64,000 bases of DNA from assembly GCA_964247055.1 (NCBI GenBank), contig OZ176052.1:6510001-6574000 (forward strand), given 5' to 3'. Positions within the stretch are counted from its first letter, which is position 1. Every line of letters begins with the position of its first letter. Shown here piece after piece: positions 47,077 through 64,000 of the stretch. This DNA comes from Paragordius varius (Eukaryota > Animalia > Nematomorpha). The notes beneath the pieces were generated by a model. It had not been told where the DNA came from, made no database searches, and was given only the letters and a program-made list of their open reading frames with translations. The position numbers were made by a program, and so were the translations under genes.

Positions 47077-48830
47077 TTTATTATTTCTATTTACACTTTA
47101 ATTTAATTCTATTTAATTTTCCTTTATCGTTTACTTACGGATTTTAACAACTGTTATTTATAAGTAAAATCTATTTTACCCAATTGGCACACTTTTAAAT
47201 ACAAATCTAAATGGTTAACATCTAAAATTATTGTTTTAATTTAATATTTAATTGGGCCCAGATATATAACCTTGCGGGCCAAACCTATAGTTTTGCGAAG
47301 CTGTTTTTTTACCTATGTGTTACCTTCATGTCAAATACTATTTTTAAATTAGTTTGAATTAATTTTTTTAGAAAAAATCGATGTTCATACTTTTATCAGC
47401 ATATACCGTACGTAAACATGTAACCAATGACTATAATTTTTTAAGTAAAATAATTTCAATTGGATTAAAAATATATAATTTTTAATCTTTAATTGGCTCT
47501 AATAGCATTTTCGTACTACAAAAATAAATAATAATAAAGGGAATGAAAACATATCGCAAACGTAATGATTAATCATTCGAGTAATCACAATGCGCCGACC
47601 TTGAATCCTTATCGTTATCTTGAACTTAGTATAATGATAGAAAATTCTAATTTACAAGTTTTTAAAAGAAAAAAAAACATATTTAATTTATCACAGCATA
47701 ATATAAAAGTACCATTCATATAACCATGTAATAAAAGTTAATCACTTATCAAAATTAAATATTCAGGTATCAGAAAATCATATACTGTCTGTCTACTAGT
47801 TTAAACACACTGAATATAATTGGTTTTATTTATCATAAGCTACAGTTTAAAAAAACAAATTAATATATATTCATATATATAACTCAATTTTGAAAATGTT
47901 GAAAATATTTGTGTAGAAAAATCCCCATTATAGTTGGCACAAATGATCCATGAGAAAAGATTGATTAAATCTTGTTGATTTTGTAAACCAAACAACCAAC
48001 TCACATATTTTCATTATTTGTTTATGAACAATATAATTCATTAAATTAAATAAATTGAGATGCTGTAACCGGCCCCATTTTTTAGGTATGATTCTTTTCT
48101 CAGCTAAATGTTTTTTTTTCATAAATTAAGCCTATAGCATTTTGGTTTGCATAGCTGTATTGTATTGTATTGTTGAGTGTAATAATAACAATTTGTACTG
48201 CAAAATATTCGATATAACATATTACAATTATATATTTTTGCCATTTTATAAATCATTATCATTATTTTTATAATTATGAATATTGGATAGCGTTTGTCGC
48301 GCTTATATATCTGTGGTATGTAACAAAATCAAACTATCTGATTGTGTTTATATTTTTTTATTGATCCATTTTATATATATATTATATATATTGATAGCTG
48401 CAACTAATTTTTTTTTCTAATCATTAATCTATACTTTTGTTTTTATTTTCATACTTTGTGAACTTAATTTTTATTTTCTACGCTTCTAATACGATTTTAA
48501 GGTCCAATGATTGACCATTTAAATTTATTTTCTCTGATGCACGCGCAATATATTTTGAAACGACACCGTATAAAATTTTCAATCCGTCATTTACCATAAT
48601 AATATTTTATCTTTGATCTTTTTTGTAATTTATAATTATCATTATAAACGGCAGCCAACAGTCAATAATCTATTCATTTCCGCATAGATAGATAAATTGT
48701 TTCCATATTATATATTCGAATGCGAAATCTATTTATTTTTAATTAAATAAATATTGCTCAAAGACTATTTATTGTTTTAAAACTGAAATAATTTATAATT
48801 AATTCCACCACAAAGTTTTACATTATTCGG

Positions 48831-55727
<6,897 letters not shown>

Positions 55728-57060
55728 TTTGTTTAAAAAACTTGTAATGACAATCGCAACTTATAATTATAATATAAATATCCATGTGCGACAAAAAATA
55801 TTAAATATTTATTTATTTATATTTAACTAAGATGCTTATTAAATAATATTAATATTATTATTAGTTTGATATAAATCATAAATCATAGAATGATAATTAC
55901 CTTAGTTGATATACAAACTCTGGGACATTTGAGACAGCTCGGAAGATAGCGTTCTGTCGATAAAAACAAAACAATATTAAAAAAATTTCCAATTATAGAC
56001 GTGGGCTCCTAAAGTCTCAAATTTTTTCGATTTTATGAAAACCGGTACAATCTATCCCTAAAATATGGTTATTAATTTACAACGATATGTGTTATTTTGA
56101 TCTGAAACCTTAAAGCTCACCTATTAGAATATGTTATGTACAAGAATCGAATACATTTAGCTACTTATGATTTACAAACGGTTATTTTTTGAAGTTTTCG
56201 AGCTTAAATACTGTTGTTTATGTCGCTCTATAATAAGATACGAAAGGAAATTGTTGAAGCTGTATATTCGCTTTTTATCTGGTTATATATATCAAATATA
56301 TTGTTTTTTGTCAAATTATATTAATGCGATTCACCCATTTCGATTAACTTATTCCAAACAGCTCGGTTTCGATTTTAATTTATCAAGTACCCCGCTTCAA
56401 TTTCCAGCTTAATTTTTGCCTAATCAAGTATTGTAAATGTGATATTTATGAATTATAAAATGAAAATAGGCCGAAGAACAAATTATTTAATTATTTCTTA
56501 CTGCTATAAAATAAATTTTTGTTGAAATTAGACATTTGTAAATTTTGTAATTTTTTTTCGTGGTAGTTAAAAATTGCCCGCATATCGAATATACACCTTT
56601 ACTTATTATATCAGGTGAAAAACAATTCAATAAGACAGGTTATTGAAAGCGTACTATAATGGTCATACATTCAAAATATCGTTTAAATTTTAAAAATATC
56701 ATTTCTTTAGGCAATTAGACACTAACATAAATATTCACCGTCTTTGGCGATAAAGTATATCTATGGATTAGAGGTAAAAATGAATGTCTTGAATAGAAGG
56801 TAGGTACCATAATCCACTTATTTTCTAGTTTAAAAACTTAAGATAATGAGAGCTTTCAAAATTTTAACATCTTGAGAGAAAAACGACTCACATAAAAATT
56901 TATTTTTGAAACACTATTGGAATACACCACCTCTAGTGTAACCATTTATAGATAAATAGTAAGCACAATGATATGTGAAATAATTAAACGAATGTTGGAG
57001 ATAGCATGAAAAAATGGAAAACCAAAGTAGCCATCATTAATCGATGTAAGAAAGTCTTAA

Positions 57061-57530
57061 CACTTGGATGCAACACATTCATTTCAGTCCTTCAATTCAA
57101 ATTGGGGTAGTCAAATACCTAAGGCTGATTTAAAAAAAACATACTTAACAAAATTGGAATGAATTGAAGCTATGGCAAATCTTTGCACTTTTATAACATT
57201 CATGAACCGAAATATAAATAAAATCAAAATATTTGATATTACTTCAAAAACCCAAAGCTAAAATTTTGCCAACATGTCATGTATGTACAAGCTAAATATT
57301 AATCAATTTATACCACTCTTTCTGTTTATATTTATAAATGTGATTCTAATAAAAAATTTAACTTAGTTTGAGGAATCAAATAGACACTATATTTTTAAAA
57401 TGTTGTGAAATAAAAATAACGTATAAGTTTGATATGGAACTGTTTTCCAAAACTAAATTATATTTTAGCTTGTATAATTTTTACTAGGATAGAACCATAA
57501 TTTAAAAAAACCGTTTCTTTCAGTAGTTTT
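57061..57530 (-). mobile_element. Family D copy, reversed and truncated, just upstream of Rpn6
   Basis: TTAA|CACTTGGATGCAACACATTCATTTCAGTCC is the reverse complement of the family D right end; also contains gatatggaactg and gtttctttcagtagttttt. Confidence 0.7.
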
Positions 57531-57580
57531 TAAAAATATTTTGCAGAAAATATTTCTTGTATTCAATCATTCACCAAGTC

Positions 57581-60500
57581 ATGTCTGCAATGGAAATTGA
57601 ACAGCCCCAACACGAGAATATTTTAGCACGTTTAGGTAAATTTAATTTAATTCTAGCCAACATTGATCCAAAAAAGGTGACTGATGATAGCGTTAAAGAA
57701 TTGGAAAACCAAATTCTGGCATATGCATCTTTATTAACTGAGCAAGGAAATTCTCATGGTATGTTTTTTTACATATATAGAATTGGCTCAACTCATTCGA
57801 TACATTAGGCCATTTTTAGCAAATATAAGCAAAGCTAAAGCAGCAAAAATTGTTCAAACATTAGTTGAAAAATTTTTGGAAATCAAAGTTCCATCCGGAA
57901 TAGAGGTGCGTTTTCTTTTCAATATTAGATTGACCTGTGTAAGGAATGTATAGAATGGGCAAAAGAAGAAAAACGGATATTTTTACGCCAATCATTGGAA
58001 GTTTTATATTTATTTATTTAGGCCAAACTATTTGGAGTTTATTATGAAAAGAAACAATTTGATGAAGCACTGGCTTTATGTAAGTACAATTAGATTAAAA
58101 GTTAAGAGATGTATAAGTACAAAAAGCGTTCATGTCAAACAATTTTGTTAAATAAGGGTATCTTCTAGATTTGGATTATTAATTGCATTTGTGGGAACTA
58201 AACTCAAATTTTATCATGTTTTATAAAATTTTTTTATTAAATTAGGCCCATTATAAAAATGTTATAAATATAAGTTTATATGAATTAATATAATTAAATT
58301 ATTTGAATATTTAAATTGTATTGTTGGTTCTTCTCACAATCGTTTTGGTTTTGCACATTGGCACTTAATTTTAGGAATATATGCTATATAAAATATATAA
58401 TCTTAATTTTATCAAAAAATAATGTTTATTCAGACCTCTTGCCACAGCCAATATAAATACGCATAATTGCGCAATTCCAACGTAATCAGTAAACTCGTTA
58501 ATATAAAGCGAAAAAATATACAAGATTTATATATTCATTAAAATTATCGGTAAGAAAGATCATCACCTCTTTGCATAATTGAGTTTCTAGATAGGCATTA
58601 TTAACATAATTCTTTTTGTCATTCATAATTTAAAACAGCACTTCAGAAGCTTTTAAAGAATCTTTTTTCCAAATTTCTCCATCCGGAAAAGATTTGTTGT
58701 TTTTTATTAGAATTTCTGATATTTTATAAGTTGCAATTATAGATTTTTTTATTTTTGCCTTATTTTACAATGCAGTTTGTGAGCATTTAGTTGCTCTTTT
58801 AATAGCTTTGATTTTTGATTTGCGAATCTGAATTGTATTGATAGTTCATGTGAAGCGTAGTAAATTTGGGCATTATCTTTTTTAGACAAATCCACGGTGG
58901 AGTTGAAACTCAAATAAGTACATTTATTATTTATTGTAAAAAAATATCTTCTCATTTCTATAACATTAGCATTTTTCTGTACTTATATTTTTATAATATA
59001 AGATAAGTGTTAATACCTGCTTTTGTTTTTGGCCAAATTTAAACTATTTTCTAAGGAAATCACATCGACCGCGGTCGACATTTTGGCCACCCCTGATATA
59101 TATTCTAATTTAATGATTTTTAAGTTCAATATCAAGTATTGCATGGATGTTGCTACAGTGGAGGTCCACTTTTTAAAATGGTTTAAACAAATAGTTTTAA
59201 TGCCAAGGCTGCATTTTTTAGTTTTAGAATATTGTTTATCTACCTTATTCTTCTTCCCCTTTTACGTGCACCACTATTTCCCGACATATTCTAGTGAGTT
59301 AGGTCTAATAATGTGGCCTAAGTATGATAGTTTGGTGCGGACGGACTAGCCAAGCAATGGCTTATCAGGATATATTTTATTTAAAATTGTGTTGTTAGTT
59401 ATTTTGTCATCCGTCCATTTTATTTATTTTTTTCCACACCAAGTCTATAAAGTAAATTTAATATCGGTCGTTAGATTATTTCAGGGTCCAGCCTTCACAC
59501 ATCCGTAACGAAAGGTTGGAAAAATAATTGCATTTGCAACCCGAATTTTCGTTTTTAAACTGTCATCATCAAACTATATTGTATTTAGTTGTGGCGGTTT
59601 GGCCATAGCGATTCTAAACTGTTTGATATTTTTTAATTAAATATCTTAGGTGCCCCATTGCTTAAAGAACTAAAGAAGATGGATGATAAAAATTTATTGG
59701 TAGAAGTACAATTGATTGAAAGCAAAATATACCATGCTCTTGGAAATATACCAAAAGCCAGGTAGCCCAATATATATACAGTCATTTACATATTTTTTTT
59801 CTATTTTGTTTGTAACCACATATTTAAAAAAAGATGGCTAAAACTTATGTATAACAAATTTGGAACATTAAAATAAAAGTTTTTGGTCCATATTTTTTTA
59901 CATAATCTCTCGAATGGAGGGATTATTTTAATATAAGTATTTCTCTGTGTTTAATATCTTTACTAATATGTTGTTTCATTCAAATACAGTTGGCTTGTTT
60001 ACTCAATAATAAACTAAGGGTCGCTTCTGAATGATAAGATTTGCTTAATAGAGATTATAGTTTTGTTTTGATGCATACATTATTTTATGATCTTATCTCC
60101 CCCACTATGCATATGTATACATACTTACATTAAACATTGTGATTGGATATTTAATTATAAGCCTAATTATTTTTAACATAAAATTGAATTGATTTTACTA
60201 ATAGGGGAGCGCTCACAGCAGCACGTACCACAGCTAATGGGATATATTGCGCCCCCAAAATGCAAGCTGCCCTTGACCTGCAATCAGGAATAGTTCATGC
60301 TTCGGAAGAAAAGGATTTCCACACGGCTTACTCATACTTTTACGAAGCTTTTGAGGGCTATGAAACATGCGCGACTGCAAACCCGACCAATGATTTTTTC
60401 CAACAACGAGTTATGCAATCCCTGAAATATATGCTGCTGGCCAAAATTATGTTGAATAAGTAAGTGTACATATGATATTATCATCACGATGGCTTTCTCT

Positions 60501-63289
60501 ATAATATTGATGATATGTTTTGGGTATTATATGCATTTGCATACTTAGTCGTATTTTACCAAATGTAAAAGATGATCAATATTTCTTACTGATTTTAAAT
60601 TAAGGGTTAGGCAAATTATGTATATACAGTCAAAACTCTTTTTGCCGGCTTATTTTTGTTAATCTTTTTACCCATTTTTGTTGAAATTAAAAAAAATTTC
60701 GGCCTTGTTTTTTTACATAAGCAATCTTATATATAGTCAAACCTATATCCGGTACACGGGATCACACAAAAGGTTACACAGAAAAAACATTTTTTCAAAA
60801 AATTTGGAATTTCGGTCAACTATATTTGCTTAACATAAAAATGCAAAAACATTTTTTTCTTCGACAACAAATTCTTAAAATATTTTTTAATAAACGATGC
60901 AGTAAAGGCGTACGGGGGCTAACCTTCCACTCTACCATTAAATTTAATTGTAACAATTATTATACCATTTGCACTTCAAGTTGGTCCTTGAACATTTCAA
61001 GTTGGTCCTTAAACATTTCAAGTTGGTCCTTGAACACTTCAAGTTGGTCCTTTGACTTTTTTGTTTTGTTTTTAACTTTTATCAATTAAATCGTAAATAA
61101 TTCAACTATTTTATTGTTTTTAACCTATTTTCTATTATTTAAGATAAATTTTAAATCGATATCAACTTTTAATTTTTGAGAAACCGTATATCTTTATTAA
61201 TTTCTTAAAATAATTTTGGATATTTATAATTTAACACGAAATGAAAAAATATATAAGTTTTCTGGGTTATTAATTGAAATTTTTCATTAAAAACAATTAA
61301 AAGTCAATAATTTTGTTCAATTGAAAAAAATAGTTTGAAACAAAAAAGTGGTTTTTCAATAAAAAAATTTATTTTTAAATGAATAAATATATAATAAATA
61401 AAGAAAATTAGGTTAATAAAATAAAAAAATAAATGCAAAAATTATGGTTAAATCAAGATTAATAAATTTTAAGGACCAACTTGAAGTGTTCAAGGACCAA
61501 CTTCGATTGTTCAAGGACCAACTTGAAGTGTTGAAGGACACTCTTGAAGTGCAAATGGTTTATATTGTCATATCCAAAAAATGTGAAACAATTACAATTC
61601 AAATTTCTTTTTGTGTGTGTTAGCTAAGTTTATTTGAACGTTTCTCTACTTATATGAGTTATTTAAATTCGATTCTTTTGCAATATTAATATATCTTAAC
61701 CATTCGACTATATGTGCATTATTTCATTTTAATAGTAACTGACGTGAATATAATAATTTTAAAATAACCAAATTACATAAAAATTGGTATAAAAGGATTA
61801 ATCTATAAAAAAAGTGCTGGAAAAACGGTTTGTTTGACTGCACCCATTATATATATATATATAATCAAATAATTATTAGGCTTTTTCCATTCCCGATCAA
61901 CGATAATATGTATTATTTCTTAGTTCACAAAACTTCTAATTTTTTAACGCAATTTTCTTATTGCAAAAGATGTATGTCTGTATATTAATTATTTTTAATT
62001 ATTTTTCATTCATACTCAAATTTTATATTATAATAGTCCTGAAGAAGCCGAATCATTGATAATTAATAAATTGGCGTTAAAGTATAGCGGGAAAGATCTT
62101 GAAGCATTGCAGGCCATAGCTTTGGCTAGTAAAAATAGATCTTTGGCTGACTTTGAAAAAGTAAGGGATTTAAATTTTTAATCATTTAATTTCCATTTAT
62201 TTATTATTTAAAACGAGTGATCAATTTATCTATAATTTCAAAAATTTTAAACCAATATAATTTGGTGTTTAATATACAGGCACGTAACACATATTCCAAC
62301 GAATTAATGGGCGACACCGTCATCAAAATGTTGTGTGACAATCTTTATGACAAATTACTTGAACAAAATTTGCTTCGTATCGTTGAGCCTTACAGTCGAG
62401 TTCAAATAAAGCATGTTGCAAAGACTATTGAATTGCCTTTTGTATGATATATAATATACGTATTTATCACTATTATTAGGCCAGCATTCTTATTTTTACT
62501 TGCAAATATTAATGTAACACCCAATAAGTCTGATAAAAAATTATAATTTCTAATTTTTTAATTTGATACAAGAGAAGATTCATATTATTATATATGTAAT
62601 TTTTAAAATTGGTATTTATTGCTTAAATTTGAATTTATAAAATTCTTTTATATCAAAATATTTGCGCAGAATAAAAAATTAAATACCTATTTTATGTTTT
62701 GCATGATAATATAAAGGATTTGGTGGAAAAGAAACTCTCCCAAATGATACTTGATCAAAAATTAAAAGGTATACCAATTTTTTGTCAATTTAAATTATAT
62801 TTTAATTGGAATCATTGACTGAATTTATAATTTTCAGATGGTTGGGTTAGAAAAAACCTATTATAAACAGTTTTAAAATTTAATTATTTTTTGGTAATTT
62901 TCTTAGATATTGGTAATTACTGTAACAAGAGCTATTATTGGCTACCTAGGCAAATTTTTCACTTAGATGTTGAGTTACATTTCGATATCATTAATGCGTT
63001 TTGTCTGCCTTTTTTATTCGATATAAATTATTTTTAAAATAATCTTTATGTGAATTTTAATATTGATAATACTTTTATTTTTACACTTAAATTTGGGATT
63101 AACAGTCCGTTAGAAATATAAAATGAAATATTTTTTATCGCAGGGATTATTGATCAAGGCGAGGGTGGCATCCTTATCGTATTTGATGAAAGTGCCCCTG
63201 ACCGTACTTTTGAAAGTGTACTCAACATTATCGATAATATGAGCAAAGTTGTTGATACATTATACACTAAATCCAAAACAATAAATTGA
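57581..63289 (+). CDS. PSMD11: 26S proteasome non-ATPase regulatory subunit 11 (Rpn6), 11 exons
   Basis: Exons 57581-57635, 57657-57758, 57781-57905, 57929-58000, 58022-58079, 59650-59761, 60205-60459, 62037-62160, 62280-62441, 62717-62768, 63144-63289. Motifs [89 protein letters not shown], and PCI-domain [34 protein letters not shown]. Confidence 0.96.
58640..59095 (-). mobile_element. Left-end fragment of a second Buster/SPIN-like hAT in an Rpn6 intron
   Basis: Minus-strand CAGGGGTGGCCAAAATGTCGACCGCGGTCGA terminus at 59095. Downstream RRYFFT..KCTYL...TVDLSKKDN...YY.SH...LKEQL resembles a decayed N-terminal zinc-finger region. The other end was not found. Confidence 0.5.
60963..61560. mobile_element. 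MITE family A copy (~600 bp) in an Rpn6 intron
   Basis: TA|TACCATTTGCACTTCAAGTTGGTCCTTGAAC ... CTCTTGAAGTGCAAATGGTT|TA; the interior is colinear with 25820-26442. Confidence 0.9.
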
Positions 63290-64000
63290 TTGATACTTTT
63301 TTATAATATACCCACCAATTTTTGTAAATCTTTTAATAAATATCGAATATCTATATTTATGTTTAATCATTAAAACAGCATTTTTAATATTTGCTGGTAT
63401 TGTGATTTTATGGCAGCGTGATATCTCTCCAAAATGGTATTTAGTGATAAACAATCATCGATTGAATTTGTATTAGTAAATTTGACAATTTTTTAATGGG
63501 TAATTAATTTATATTACTATATAAGTTAACATAATGTATAACTTTTAAGCAATTATATTATATTACGCTTTATTTTGTTTGACTCTCCCATTATGGTTAT
63601 TTATAAAATTATTTTAATTATCATTATAGTTTTGAGTAGCTAGCTCAGTGACATACATGTAAACGTCCAAAATTTGGTGAAGTGCCAACATTTCTTTATT
63701 TTTATTAACCAAAAATTATTTTTCCGTAATACATGTTTTTGTCTTCATAAATAAATATTACTACATTAACACTATAAACAGGACTTGAGAGAGACATATA
63801 TAAAAGTGTGCATAACTAACAATTATGATCGATCAAAGAAGCTTTTTTGTAAAAATAAAATATCAATCATCTGGTAACAATCTAAATTATTTTTATGTTA
63901 AGTTTATATAGCTTAAAATACTTACGGCTATATGAATGAAATTTTATTTAAAAACACTGTTAACATTTGTAAATGTTTATAAGTTGTTTTATAACATGTA

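Overview
Very AT-rich, transposon-rich animal (metazoan) genomic DNA using the standard genetic code; the species cannot be assigned from sequence alone. Gene models built by hand from GT-AG splice sites: the 3' part of a LAP-family (LET-413/Erbin-like) single-PDZ gene (+, 1107-7056); phosphoglucomutase (-, 11 exons, 8920-17300); a 116-aa orphan (-); two divergent class A GPCRs; BTF3/NAC-beta (absent from the ORF track); an MLCK-like kinase; and proteasome lid subunit Rpn6/PSMD11. The rest is mostly decayed elements: RTE LINEs, a Buster/SPIN hAT, a Chapaev3-like element, a tRNA-derived SINE, several MITE/foldback families and a ~150/300-bp tandem array. Main observations: (1) eight ultra-short 21-25-nt spliceosomal introns in BTF3 and Rpn6, alongside kb-sized TE-filled introns; (2) a minimal type I hammerhead ribozyme on top of a long stem at 46974-47076; (3) two different RTE LINEs joined exactly tail-to-tail in a PGM intron; (4) a four-element nested insertion at 31696-37429 whose order can be partly read from target-site duplications; (5) two MITE families sharing TACCATTT ends and 21-bp periodic subterminal repeats. 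Coordinates and alignments were read by eye; no database searches were run.
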